From Sphingomonas sp. (lineage in GTDB: Bacteria; Pseudomonadota; Alphaproteobacteria; Sphingomonadales; Sphingomonadaceae): 64,000 bases of DNA. This document shows positions 19,169-29,049 of this stretch, one piece after another. Within the stretch, counting starts at the first letter, position 1. Each line of letters starts with the position of its first letter. The notes under the pieces were generated by a model that was not told where the DNA came from, did not search any database, and worked only from the letters and a program-made list of their open reading frames with translations. Location of the stretch: positions 11,088 through 75,087 of the forward strand of contig NZ_DATMGG010000184.1 of the NCBI RefSeq assembly GCF_035555815.1, in the 5' to 3' direction. Made by a program: the position numbers and the translations under genes.

Positions 19169-19732
19169 TCAGCCGGCCCGCGCTTCAGTCGCTTCGTAAT
19201 GCCGCTGCAAGGTCGCCAACACCTCGGCGAAATCCTCTATCGGTGAATCGTCGGCCGGCTGCTTGGGCAAGCCCCGCGCATCGAGCATGGCCGTCGCGAT
19301 CTTCACGGCCGCGTCGGCGAGCTGGATCATCTCATTGCCCGTAATGTCAGCGCGCTCGAAAACTTGCGCATAGGTGAGCTTGTTGCTGCGGTGCGCAAAT
19401 AGCTGATCGCGGAACTGCCGCACTTTCGAAGCCATAGGTTCCGCCTCGGCGATCTGATCGGCCGCGACGTCGCCCAGCTCGGCGGAGAGCTTCTTGAACC
19501 GAATTGTCCCGTGTCGATCGCCGAAGAGATTGTGGATCGTCACCATGAAGGCGACGAATTGCGCGTGCTCGATAAACCGCCAAGCGTTCCAATGCTCATC
19601 TAGCGCTTCGTGAAAAAGCGCCCGCCCGGCTGCGCTGGCCGTCGACCACCACAAGCCGCAATGGACACGTGCCCGCACGGCCAGCTTCGCCGCGCTCGTG
19701 ATCTGTTCATCTAGGTCGAGGGGCTTTGCCAT
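19169..19732 (-). CDS. Hypothetical protein with HEPN-like Rx5H motif (AbiU2-like)
   Basis: Helical 187 aa protein with FRDQLFAH; lower GC and atypical codons; next to the tRNA 3' end. Confidence 0.6.
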   Translation of the reverse strand: MAKPLDLDEQITSAAKLAVRARVHCGLWWSTASAAGRALFHEALDEHWNAWRFIEHAQFVAFMVTIHNLFGDRHGTIRFKKLSAELGDVAADQIAEAEPMASKVRQFRDQLFAHRSNKLTYAQVFERADITGNEMIQLADAAVKIATAMLDARGLPKQPADDSPIEDFAEVLATLQRHYEATEARAG

Positions 19733-19885
19733 CGAGGCGTCTTATCCGATCGGCCCGACAAGTCGTGGTCGTAACCGTTCTTTTCGGCACAAAATCGACC
19801 GCTACCGAAATGTGGGTAGAGCCGGGGGCCGGCTAGCATAGATGTCGGCTAACATCATGGAATATAATGAGATTTTAAGCAGAAT

Positions 19886-19978
19886 TGGCGGAGACGGAGG
19901 GATTCGAACCCTCGGTAGGAGTAATCCCCCTACGGCGGTTTAGCAAACCGCTGGTTTCAGCCACTCACCCACGTCTCC
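19886..19978 (-). tRNA. tRNA-Ser (GCT)
   Basis: GGAGACG acceptor...CGTCTCC-G-CCA; anticodon arm GCGGT-TTGCTAA-ACCGC; long variable arm; GGTTCGAATCC T arm. Confidence 0.97.
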
Positions 19979-20139
19979 GGATGCGGCAGAGCGCCGGCCT
20001 ATAGCGACGACGTTCGGCGCAGGCAACCCGACCTTGCGCGTGCCGGCCGGGCGCGAAATCGATTCGATTCGTCGCCTGTTCATTGCCAGGCAAGCCTGCC
20101 GCTGCCACGCTTGCCCGCTATGATGGCCCGGGGGCTTCG

Positions 20140-20892
20140 ATGATGCGCGTTTCCAAGGCCTTGGGCCTGTTCTTCCTCACTGCCGCGATGCTCGCGGCGC
20201 CGGCCTCTTCGCAGGTCCGCACCGTCGATCCCAACAGCGCGATCGATTCCGACCTGCGCGCCAGCCCTGGCGCGGGCCAGCAGGCCCCGGTGCAGTCGCA
20301 GGAAAATCTGCCGGTCGATCCAGGCCCCGACGGCACCGTCCAGTCCGCCGCCGTGCCCGTGTCGGGCGATCTGCCGCCGCCGGTCCGCCCGACGCGCGGG
20401 CAGGACGTGGCGACCTATGAGGACGAGGACGTCATCGCCGCGGCCGAGGGCGTGTTCGGCAAGGGCGCGCAGGGCCTGGCGTCGATGGTCGAGAACCTGC
20501 TCAAGAGCCAGGGCCGGCCCAACGCCTATATCGCCGGGCGCGAGGCGGGCGGGGCGCTGGTGGTCGGCCTGCGCTACGGATCGGGCACGATGAGCCACAA
20601 GGTCGAGGGCGATCGCAAGGTGTTCTGGACCGGCCCGTCGGTCGGCTTCGACGTCGGCGGTGATGCGGCGAAGGTGTTCGTGCTGGTCTACAACCTCTAC
20701 GACAGCCAGGATCTGTACAAGCGTTTCCCCGCCGCGGAGGGACGGGTCTATTTCGTCGGCGGGTTCGCGGCGACCTATCTGCGGCGCGGCGATATCGTGC
20801 TGATCCCGATCCGGCTGGGCGTCGGCTGGCGGCTGGGCGCCAACGTCGGCTACATGAAGTTCTCCGAGAAATCGCGCTGGCTGCCGTTCTGA
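20140..20892 (+). CDS. eipA: EipA / DUF1134 envelope integrity protein
   Basis: Signal peptide; G.PNAYI.G.E.GGA..VGLRYG.G, W.GPS.GFD.GG, PIR.GVG.RLG.NVGY, W.PF end. Confidence 0.85.
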   Translation: MMRVSKALGLFFLTAAMLAAPASSQVRTVDPNSAIDSDLRASPGAGQQAPVQSQENLPVDPGPDGTVQSAAVPVSGDLPPPVRPTRGQDVATYEDEDVIAAAEGVFGKGAQGLASMVENLLKSQGRPNAYIAGREAGGALVVGLRYGSGTMSHKVEGDRKVFWTGPSVGFDVGGDAAKVFVLVYNLYDSQDLYKRFPAAEGRVYFVGGFAATYLRRGDIVLIPIRLGVGWRLGANVGYMKFSEKSRWLPF

Positions 20893-20944
20893 TAGGGTGG
20901 GCGATGCGCCCGAGGGCGCGTCGCCGGCCAGCCTGATCCCACAC

Positions 20945-21038
20945 CGTCATTGCGAGCCCCGCGCAAGCCGGGCGACGCGATCCGGCGCGGCGTGCGAGGG
21001 CACTGGATTGCCGCGCGGCGTCGCCGCTCGCAATGACG
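20945..21038. repeat. CGTC-tagged REP-like doublet (family C)
   Basis: CGTCATTGCGAGC ... GCTCGCAATGACG inverted ends between convergent eipA and gor. Confidence 0.8.
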
Positions 21039-21062
21039 ATTCAGGAAAGCACTCATCGCCTC

Positions 21063-22409
21063 CTAGCGCATCAGCACCAGTTCCTCCGCCATCGACGGGT
21101 GGAGCGCGACGGTCTGGTCGAAATCGGCCTTGGTCAGCCCGGCCTTCACCGCGATCGCGGCGGCCTGCAATATCTCCGGTGCGTCGGGACCGATCATGTG
21201 CAGGCCGACGACGCGGTCTGTGACGCCGTCGCACACCATCTTGTACAGCGCGCGCTCGTTGCGGTTGGCGAGCACGTTCTTCATCGCCCGGAAATCGGAC
21301 TGGTAGACCTTGACCGAGCCGAGCTGCTGGCGCGCCTGGCTTTCGGTCAGGCCGACGCCGGCCATCGGCGGGTGGCTGAACACGGCGCTCGGCACATTGT
21401 CGTAATCGACCCGCCACGGCTTGTCGCCGAACATCGTGTCGGCGAAGGCCTGCCCCTCGCGGATCGCCACGGGCGTGAGTTGGATGCGGTTGGTGACGTC
21501 GCCGACCGCATAGATGCTGGGGCAGCTCGACCGGCTGTCGGCATCGACCTTGACCGCGCCCTTGTCGTCCAGTTCGACCCCCGCGCCCTCCAGCCCGAGC
21601 CCCTCGGTGTTGGGGACGCGGCCGGTGGCGAACAGCACGCGATCGACGGTGATCGGATCGTGGTTGGTCATCTCGACGGTCAGGCTGCCGTCGTCGCCCT
21701 TGGTGATGCCCCGGAATTCGGCGTGGAAACGGAATTCGATGCCCTTTGCCGTCGAGATCTGGAGCAGCCGGTCGCGGATCGCCGCGTCATAGCCGCGCAG
21801 GATCACGTCGGTGCGGTTGATCAGCGTCACCTTGCTGCCGAATTCGTTGAAGATGCCGGCGAATTCATTGGCGATATAGCCCGCCCCGGCGATCAGTACC
21901 CGCTTTGGCAGCGCGTCGAGGTGGAACACCTCGTTCGAGGTGATGCCCAGTTCATGGCCCGGACAGCCCGGCACGGCGGGGCGCGCGCCGGTGGCGACCA
22001 GGATGATGCGCGCGGTGACGGTGCGCCCGTCGGCCAGCCGGACGGCGTTGGCGCCGGCCACCGTCGCGCGTTGGTGGATGATCTCGACCTTGTGGCTTTC
22101 CAGCGTGGTCGTATAGGCGCCATTGAGCCGGTCGACCTCGCTCAGCACATTGTCGCGCAATGTCGCCCAGTCGAAATCGCAGTCGGGCACGTTCCAGCCA
22201 AAGCGGCGCGCGTCCTTCAGATCCTCGGCGAAATGCGCGCCATAGACGAGCAGCTTCTTGGGCACGCATCCGCGGATCACACAGGTACCGCCGACGCGAA
22301 ATTCCTCGGCGATCGCCACCCTGGCGCCGTGCGCCGCCGACACCCGCGCCGCGCGCACGCCGCCCGAACCAGCGCCGATGACGAAAAGGTCGTAGTCGAA
22401 TTCGGCCAT
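21063..22409 (-). CDS. gor: Glutathione-disulfide reductase
   Basis: GAGSGG, GGTCVIRGCVPKK, GAGYIA.EFA, HPSMAEE. Confidence 0.95.
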   Translation of the reverse strand: MAEFDYDLFVIGAGSGGVRAARVSAAHGARVAIAEEFRVGGTCVIRGCVPKKLLVYGAHFAEDLKDARRFGWNVPDCDFDWATLRDNVLSEVDRLNGAYTTTLESHKVEIIHQRATVAGANAVRLADGRTVTARIILVATGARPAVPGCPGHELGITSNEVFHLDALPKRVLIAGAGYIANEFAGIFNEFGSKVTLINRTDVILRGYDAAIRDRLLQISTAKGIEFRFHAEFRGITKGDDGSLTVEMTNHDPITVDRVLFATGRVPNTEGLGLEGAGVELDDKGAVKVDADSRSSCPSIYAVGDVTNRIQLTPVAIREGQAFADTMFGDKPWRVDYDNVPSAVFSHPPMAGVGLTESQARQQLGSVKVYQSDFRAMKNVLANRNERALYKMVCDGVTDRVVGLHMIGPDAPEILQAAAIAVKAGLTKADFDQTVALHPSMAEELVLMR

Positions 22410-22501
22410 CTGCTGCCCTCCTGCCTGCCGGGCTAGGTAGGGCGTGACCGGCTTGCGCGCCAGCGGGCGATGCGCGACGCTGCGCGAAAGAGGAGAGGGA
22501 C

Positions 22502-23668
22502 ATGCGCGATTTCGATATCATCGTCTATGGCGCCACCGGCTTCACCGGGCGGCTGGTCGCCGAATATCTGGCCGAACATTATCCCGATGGCCTGCGCTGG
22601 GCGATGGCCGGGCGGTCGCTGACCAAGCTGGAGGAGGTGCGCGGCGCGATCGGCGCGCCGGCCGATACGCCGCTGGTCACCGCCAACGCCGACGATCCCG
22701 CCGCGCTGCGGGCGATGGCGCAACGGGCGCAGGTGGTGATCTCCACCGTCGGGCCGTACCAGTTGTACGGCAACGATCTGGTCGCGGCGTGTGCGGCCAC
22801 CGGCACCGGCTATGTCGATCTGTGCGGCGAGCCGGCCTGGATGCGCCACATGATCGACGCGCACGACGTGGCGGCCAGGGCCAGCGGCGCGCGGATCGTG
22901 TTCTCCTGCGGCTTCGATTCGATCCCGTTCGATCTCGGGGTGTGGACGCTGCAGGAAGCGGCAAAGGCCCGGTTCGGCGCCCCGGCGCCGCGCGTGAAGG
23001 GGCGGGTGCGGTCGATGAAGGGCACCTTCTCCGGCGGCACCTTTGCCAGCGGCAAGGCGACGATGATGGCGGCTGCGCGCGATCCCTCGATCCTCAAGCT
23101 GCTGATCGATCCGTTCGCGCTGACGCCCGGTTTCGAAGGGCCGGCGCAGCCCAAGGGGTTGATGCCGGAATATGACGAGGCGGTCGGCGCGTGGGTGGCG
23201 CCGTTCGTGATGGCGGCGATCAACACAAAGAACGTCCACCGCACCAACGCGCTGCTGAACCACGCCTATGGCGAGGATTTCCGCTATGACGAGATGATGA
23301 TCGCGCCGGGGCTGGGCGACATCGGCAAGGCGGCGGCGGAGGCGATGGCCAAGTTCAACCCGATGGCCGGCGACGACGGGCCCAAGCCCGGCGAGGGGCC
23401 GTCGAAGGAGGAGCGCGACACCGGCCACTACGACCTGCTGTTCGTCGGCGAGATGCCCGATGGCCAGCGGATCGAGGCGACGGTGACCGGCGACCGCGAC
23501 CCCGGCTATGGATCGACCAGCAAGATGATCGCCGAAAGCGCGATCTGCCTGCTGCGCGACGTTCCGGCAGAGGGGAAGGGCGGCATCTGGACGCCGGGCG
23601 GATTGATGGCCGCCCCCCTGCTCGACCGGCTGAAGGCGAACGCGGGGCTGACGTTCAGCGTGGCGTGA
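22502..23668 (+). CDS. Saccharopine dehydrogenase-like (trans-acting enoyl reductase family) oxidoreductase
   Basis: YGATGFTG, VGPY..YG, CGFDSIPFDLG, SGGT, DPGYGST. Confidence 0.9.
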   Translation: MRDFDIIVYGATGFTGRLVAEYLAEHYPDGLRWAMAGRSLTKLEEVRGAIGAPADTPLVTANADDPAALRAMAQRAQVVISTVGPYQLYGNDLVAACAATGTGYVDLCGEPAWMRHMIDAHDVAARASGARIVFSCGFDSIPFDLGVWTLQEAAKARFGAPAPRVKGRVRSMKGTFSGGTFASGKATMMAAARDPSILKLLIDPFALTPGFEGPAQPKGLMPEYDEAVGAWVAPFVMAAINTKNVHRTNALLNHAYGEDFRYDEMMIAPGLGDIGKAAAEAMAKFNPMAGDDGPKPGEGPSKEERDTGHYDLLFVGEMPDGQRIEATVTGDRDPGYGSTSKMIAESAICLLRDVPAEGKGGIWTPGGLMAAPLLDRLKANAGLTFSVA

Positions 23669-23727
23669 CGGGGCCCCGGAGCGGCCGGTTCGCCTCCATG
23701 GACGCGGTGCCACCGGCCGTTCCCGCA

Positions 23728-23819
23728 CCTCATTGCGACCCCGGCGTCAGCCGGGGGAAGCCATTCAGAGCGGCGCGCGCGGCGCTGGTTTGCGCGGGGC
23801 CCTGCCCCTCGCGATGGCG
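23728..23819. repeat. Degenerate family C REP-like doublet
   Basis: CCTCATTGCGAC ... CTCGCGATGGCG, similar to 20945..21038; between convergent genes. Confidence 0.55.
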
Positions 23820-23842
23820 ATCCGCGGTGGCCTCATCGCGCG

Positions 23843-24145
23843 TCAGGCAAGGAGCGCCACCAGCGCGCCGATCGCGGCGACCGCGCCGGCGGCGGCGATT
23901 CCCGCGCGGCGGCGGCGCTTGCGGCTGTAGCTGTCCCACGCCGCGACATCGACGTAGTAACCCCGGCCCTTCGCCCCCGGCAGCAGCACGCCGGCATCCT
24001 GCAATTGCGCGAACAGGCGCGCCGACAGGCGGCGTTCCGGGGTGTAGGGCACCGCGCTGGCGGGCGTGACCGCGTTACGCGAAAAGAAATGCGACATCAC
24101 GTCGCGCCGAGCCTTTGCCACAACTGCCGCTACTGTCGTTGCCAT
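23843..24145 (-). CDS. Small hypothetical protein with C-terminal TM helix
   Basis: RBS GGAAGG; polybasic stretch then hydrophobic tail; directly downstream of rnr. Confidence 0.6.
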   Translation of the reverse strand: MATTVAAVVAKARRDVMSHFFSRNAVTPASAVPYTPERRLSARLFAQLQDAGVLLPGAKGRGYYVDVAAWDSYSRKRRRRAGIAAAGAVAAIGALVALLA

Positions 24146-24175
24146 GCGCGTTCCTTCCCGTTTTTCGTCCCTGCG

Positions 24176-26500
24176 TCAGCGCCGTTTGCCCTGGTGCCGG
24201 ATGTTGGCCGGCCGCCCGCGCCGTTTGAGCACGCGTGGCGGTCCGCCCCGGCGGCCATCGCCGCCGCCCGCCGAGCCCTTGCCGTCGGGCAGCTCGAAGC
24301 GCAACGCGCCCGATACCGGATTGGCCTCCGCCAGCCGCAACCTTAGCCGCTGGCCCAGCGCGAATTCGGTGCCGCTATGCTCGCCGACCAGCCGCTGCCC
24401 GGTCTCGTCCCAGCGGAAATATTCGGCGCCCAGATCGCGGGCCGGCACCAGCCCGTCGCCGCCGACCCCGTCGATCGTCGCGAAGAAGCCGAAGCTCTGC
24501 ACCCCGGTGATCCGCGCCTCCATCACCTCGCCGACATGCTCGCTGAGGTAGGCGGCGACGTAGCGATCGACAGTCTCGCGCTCGGCCTCCATCGCGCGGC
24601 GTTCGAGCTGGCTGATCGCTTCGCCGATCCGCTCGAAATTGGCGGTCTCCTCCGGCGTCAGCCCGCCCGGCCCCAGCTTGTACCCTTCCACCAGCGCGCG
24701 GTGCACCATCAGGTCGGCATAGCGGCGAATGGGCGAGGTGAAATGCGCGTAGCTGCCCAGCGCCAGCCCGAAATGCCCGGCGTTCTGCGGCCCGTAATAG
24801 GCCTGGGTCTGCGTCCGCAGCACCTGTTCCATCGCCTGCGGCCGGAAATCGGCGTCGCCGACCCGGTCGAGCAGCTGGTTGAACGTGCCGGGCCGGATCA
24901 CCTGGCCCAGCGCGAAATCGACGCCGAACGTCTTGAGATACTCCTTGAGCGCGACCAGCTTCTCGCGCGCCGGCGGTTCGTGGATGCGGTACATCACCGG
25001 CATCTTCTTCGCCTCCAGCGCCTTGGCGGCGGCGACGTTGGCGGCGATCATGTAATCCTCGATCAGCTTGTGCGCGTCGAGCCGTTCGCGCGGCGCCACC
25101 GACAGGATGCGCCCCTTTTCGTCGAGCACGATCCGCCGTTCGGGCAGGTCGAGGTCGAGCGGATCGCGCCGCTCCCGCGCGACGTTCAGCGCGCGCCAGC
25201 AATCCCACAGCGGTTTGAGCGCGGTCTCGGTCAGCGGGTGGGGCTTGATCCCGTCGATCGCCGCCTGCGCGTCCTCATAGGCGATGTTCGCCGCGATCCG
25301 CACCACCGCGCGGGTGAAGCGGAAATCGCTGATCGCGCCGTTCTTGCCGACGGTGAAGTGGCACGCGAGCGCCGCACGGTCGACGTCCTGCTTGAGTGAG
25401 CACACGTCGGCCGACAGGATCTCTGGCAGCATCGGCACCACCCGGTCGGGGAAATAGACGCTGTTGCCGCGCCGCCGCGCCTCCCGGTCGAGCAGCGATC
25501 CGGGCCGGACGTAGAAGCTGACGTCGGCGATCGCGACGATCGCGTCCCAGCCGCCGTTCCCGTTGGGCTGTGCCCACACCGCGTCATCGTGGTCGCGCGC
25601 GTCGACAGGGTCGATCGCGACGATCGGCAGGTGGCGCAGATCCTCGCGCTCCCCAATCTCCGTTCGTGCTGAGCTCGTCGAAGCACCGCCCTTCCTTCCA
25701 TCGCTCGAAGAAAAGGGCGGCCCTTCGACAAGCTCGGGGCGAACGGTCTGGATGGGGCCGAGGCTTTGCCCCGCGACTGCCTTCGCCTCGTCGAGCAATT
25801 CGCCCGAAAACACGTTGGGGATGCCGTGGCGGTGGATCGCGATCAGCGAGAAGCTGCGCGGCGCGAACGGATCGCCCAGCCGCTCGATCACCCGCGCGGT
25901 CATTCGCGGCGGCCGGCCGGCCTTTTCCGCCACCACAAGTTCGCCCGGCTGCGCGTCGCCGGCATCGGAGACCAGGAAGTCGCGCCGTTCCTTCTTCTCC
26001 ACCCCTTGCAGGAACAGCTTGCCGCCCTCCTCGCGCAGCACGCCGATCATCGTCTCCTCGCCGCGCGGGAGCTTCTTCATCGGATGCGCGGTCCAGCCGC
26101 CGCCCGTCTCCTCGGTCCGCGCGAGGATGCGGTCGCCGACGCCCAGCGCGCCCTGCTTGCGGTCGCGCACGCGCAGCCGCGGCTCGGGCACGCCCTCCGC
26201 CTCCCACCGCTCGGGCTGCGCCCAGACGTTGCCGCCGTCGTCGACGTCGACGATCCGCAGCACGGTCACCTTCGGCAGCCCGCCCATCGCGTGAAAGGCG
26301 CGGCCGGGGGCGCTGTCGATCAGCCCCTCGTCGCCCATGTCCTTGAGCAGCGCCTTGAGCGCGATCTTGTCGGCGCCGTGCAGGCCGAACGCGCGCGCGA
26401 TCTCCCGCTTGCCCGCCGGGGTGGGGGACGACGCGATGAAATCGAGGACCTGCTGGCGGGTCGGCAGACCCGGGACGATCTTGCGGGGGCGATTGGCCAT
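24176..26500 (-). CDS. rnr: Ribonuclease R (carries an in-frame family A repeat insertion)
   Basis: IDP.DARDHDDA catalytic motif, HFTSPIRRYADL, C-terminal S1 domain. Confidence 0.96.
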   Translation of the reverse strand: MANRPRKIVPGLPTRQQVLDFIASSPTPAGKREIARAFGLHGADKIALKALLKDMGDEGLIDSAPGRAFHAMGGLPKVTVLRIVDVDDGGNVWAQPERWEAEGVPEPRLRVRDRKQGALGVGDRILARTEETGGGWTAHPMKKLPRGEETMIGVLREEGGKLFLQGVEKKERRDFLVSDAGDAQPGELVVAEKAGRPPRMTARVIERLGDPFAPRSFSLIAIHRHGIPNVFSGELLDEAKAVAGQSLGPIQTVRPELVEGPPFSSSDGRKGGASTSSARTEIGEREDLRHLPIVAIDPVDARDHDDAVWAQPNGNGGWDAIVAIADVSFYVRPGSLLDREARRRGNSVYFPDRVVPMLPEILSADVCSLKQDVDRAALACHFTVGKNGAISDFRFTRAVVRIAANIAYEDAQAAIDGIKPHPLTETALKPLWDCWRALNVARERRDPLDLDLPERRIVLDEKGRILSVAPRERLDAHKLIEDYMIAANVAAAKALEAKKMPVMYRIHEPPAREKLVALKEYLKTFGVDFALGQVIRPGTFNQLLDRVGDADFRPQAMEQVLRTQTQAYYGPQNAGHFGLALGSYAHFTSPIRRYADLMVHRALVEGYKLGPGGLTPEETANFERIGEAISQLERRAMEAERETVDRYVAAYLSEHVGEVMEARITGVQSFGFFATIDGVGGDGLVPARDLGAEYFRWDETGQRLVGEHSGTEFALGQRLRLRLAEANPVSGALRFELPDGKGSAGGGDGRRGGPPRVLKRRGRPANIRHQGKRR
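25660..25746. repeat. Family A doublet (copy 2) inside rnr, 87 bp
   Basis: CCGTTCGTGCTGAGCTCGTCGAAGCAC ... GCCCTTCGACAAGCTCGGGGCGAACGG; read as TVRPELVEGP...GASTSSARTE. Confidence 0.92.
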
Positions 26501-26651
26501 GGCCCGGGATAGAGGGTCAGGCCCGGCGCGTCACGGAGATTAAGGATGGAGCCGCGCCCCAGGGGGAGCGCGGCTCACGGCCGGGCGAGAGGGGCGTCCC
26601 CAAAGGGTCGGAAAAGGGCACGCTTCCCACCCGACTGTCCGGGCGTCTCCG

Positions 26652-27347
26652 TCAGACCTCCAGCTTCACCGTCGGGCGGGTGTTGGGATAGATCTGCTCG
26701 ACGCGGGGCTCGCCGGCGGCCGGGCCGCGCATGGCATAGGCGTTGACCGGCTGCGACCGGTTGACCCACAGCGCGTAATAGAGGTGGTCGGCGCGCGGAT
26801 CGTCGGTGTTGGGGTGGAGCAGGATCGTCAGCCCCAGGCTGTTGAGCTGAAGCCACGGCACGATCACCGGCAGCAGGTCGTTGGTGAACCCGAAGTAGAA
26901 TGACGGCGTGACGTGCGGGCCGCGCGGTTCGAGGTTCCAGTTGCCCAGCTCGACCGAAAAGCGTTCCGCCGACCATTTGCGGATCTGTTCCGCCTTCTGG
27001 TGGGTGTCCTCGTCGAAATAGATGTGGGCGTGATAGCTTTCGATATCGGTATAGGCGCGCGGCGTCGTCGGCAGCGTCTGCTCGCCGGGGCGCACCGAGA
27101 CCGGGCGCGGGGTCGGCTCCCGATAGGTGTCATAGCCCCACGGGCTCTTGCCCGGCTCGCGCACGCGCCGGGGCGGCGTCGGCGTGCCGGGCGCGGGCGT
27201 CGCGCTCTGGCCGTGGGCGGTCCCGCCCAGGCCCAGCGCCGCGATCGCCGCCGCCCCGCCGCCCAGCAGCGCGCGACGATTGGGCGACAGCAGGTCCGCC
27301 CACATCTGGTCGTCGCGCTCGTTAAAGAAATTCGCTTGCTCTGACAT
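26652..27347 (-). CDS. DOPA 4,5-dioxygenase family protein with twin-arginine N-terminal extension
   Basis: YHAHIYF, GPH, WL.LN..GL.IL.HP.T....DH...A.W; NRRALL motif, hydrophobic stretch and AHG. Confidence 0.85.
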   Translation of the reverse strand: MSEQANFFNERDDQMWADLLSPNRRALLGGGAAAIAALGLGGTAHGQSATPAPGTPTPPRRVREPGKSPWGYDTYREPTPRPVSVRPGEQTLPTTPRAYTDIESYHAHIYFDEDTHQKAEQIRKWSAERFSVELGNWNLEPRGPHVTPSFYFGFTNDLLPVIVPWLQLNSLGLTILLHPNTDDPRADHLYYALWVNRSQPVNAYAMRGPAAGEPRVEQIYPNTRPTVKLEV

Positions 27348-27380
27348 ATCGTTCCCCTTCTTCGGCGAAAGGTTTGCGGG

Positions 27381-27409
27381 TTAATTCCCACAAGATCGAT
27401 ATGAATTAA
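27381..27409. promoter_or_regulatory. Putative operator, TTAATTC-N15-GAATTAA
   Basis: Perfect 7-bp AT-rich inverted repeat ~35 bp upstream of the DOPA dioxygenase start. Confidence 0.4.
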
Positions 27410-27474
27410 GCTTCACCGGGCAAAAGCTCCGGTTTGCGGGCCGGGCGGGCGCGCCGCCCGGCCCCGAGGTCGTC

Positions 27475-29049
27475 CTATTCCGCCGCCTCGGCCAGCGTCG
27501 GCTCCTTCCACACCAGCACCGGCTTGCGCGCGGCCAGCGTCTCGTCGAGCCGGCGGCGCGGGGCGAAATGGGGGGCGGACTTGAGCGCGGGATCGCCCGC
27601 CTTGGCCCGCTCCGCCACCGACTTGAGCGCGCCGATGAACTGGTCGAGCGTCGCCTTGCTCTCGGTCTCGGTCGGCTCGATCAGCATCGCGCCGTGGACG
27701 ACCAGCGGGAAATACATCGTCATCGGGTGATAGCCCTCGTCGATCAGCGCCTTGGCGATGTCGATCGTCGAGAAGCCCTCGGCCAGCCCGGCGTCGCTGA
27801 AGATCGCCTCGTGCATACACGGCCCCGCCGCCGCGAACGGCGCGTCGAGCGTGCCCTCCAGGCTGCGCAGGATGTAGTTGGCGTTGAGCACCGCGTCCTC
27901 GGCGACCTGGCGCAGCCCGTCGGCGCCGTGGCTAAGGATATAGGTCAGCGCGCGGGTGAACATGCCCATCTGGCCATGGAACGCGGTCATCCGGCCAAAG
28001 CTGTGCGGATGCTCCTCGCCGGCATTCTCCTCCTCGATCAGCCGGACATGGCCGTCGGCCATCCGCGCGGTGAACGGCAGTGGGCCATAGGGGCTGAGGG
28101 CTTCGGACAGCACCACCGGGCCGGAACCCGGCCCGCCGCCGCCGTGCGGGGTGGAAAAGGTCTTGTGCAGGTTGATGTGCATCGCGTCGATGCCCAGGTC
28201 GCCGGGGCGCACCCGCCCGACGATCGCGTTGAAATTGGCACCGTCGCAATAGACGTAGCCGCCGACGGCATGGACCGCGTCGGAAATCGCCTTCATGTCG
28301 CGCTCGAACAGGCCGCAGGTGTTGGGGTTGGTGATCATCACCGCCGCCACGTCCGGCCCCAGCCGGGCCTTGAGCGCGGCAAGGTCGACCCGTCCCTCGG
28401 CGGTCGCCGGGATATCCTCGACCGCATAGCCGGCGAAGGCGGCGGTGGCCGGGTTGGTGCCGTGCGCGCTCTCGGGCACCAGAATCACCTTGCGATGACC
28501 CTCGCCGCGCGCCTCCAGCGCGGCCTTGATGCACAATATGCCACACAGCTCTCCGTGGGCGCCGGCCTTGGGCGTCATTGCCACGCCGTGCATCCCGGTC
28601 AGCGCGATCAGCCATACCGCCAGCTCGTTGATCACCTCCAGCGCGCCCTGCACGGTATCGACCGGCTGGAGCGGGTGGACGTCGGCGAAGCCCGGCATCC
28701 GCGCGACCTTTTCGTTCAGCCGCGGATTGTGCTTCATCGTGCACGATCCCAGCGGGAACAGGCCAAGGTCGATCGCGTAGTTCTGCCGGCTGAGGCGGGT
28801 GTAGTGGCGCACCGCCTCCGGCTCCGACAGGCCGGGCAGGCCGATCGGCGCGGCGCGTTCGAGGCCGGCGAGGCGGCTGCCGTTCGCGGCGGGGGTGAGG
28901 GCGAAATCGACGCCGGTGGTGTCGGTCGCGCCGATCTCGAAGATCAGCGGCTCCTCGAGCATCAGCGCGCGGTTGCCGGTGAAGGTGGGGGCGTCGGCGG
29001 TGCCGCCCTGCGGCGCTTCGGGGCGCCAGCCGCTCGGGTTCAGGGTCAT
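27475..29049 (-). CDS. gcvPB: Glycine dehydrogenase (decarboxylating) subunit 2
   Basis: [44 protein letters not shown]. Confidence 0.96.
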   Translation of the reverse strand: MTLNPSGWRPEAPQGGTADAPTFTGNRALMLEEPLIFEIGATDTTGVDFALTPAANGSRLAGLERAAPIGLPGLSEPEAVRHYTRLSRQNYAIDLGLFPLGSCTMKHNPRLNEKVARMPGFADVHPLQPVDTVQGALEVINELAVWLIALTGMHGVAMTPKAGAHGELCGILCIKAALEARGEGHRKVILVPESAHGTNPATAAFAGYAVEDIPATAEGRVDLAALKARLGPDVAAVMITNPNTCGLFERDMKAISDAVHAVGGYVYCDGANFNAIVGRVRPGDLGIDAMHINLHKTFSTPHGGGGPGSGPVVLSEALSPYGPLPFTARMADGHVRLIEEENAGEEHPHSFGRMTAFHGQMGMFTRALTYILSHGADGLRQVAEDAVLNANYILRSLEGTLDAPFAAAGPCMHEAIFSDAGLAEGFSTIDIAKALIDEGYHPMTMYFPLVVHGAMLIEPTETESKATLDQFIGALKSVAERAKAGDPALKSAPHFAPRRRLDETLAARKPVLVWKEPTLAEAAE

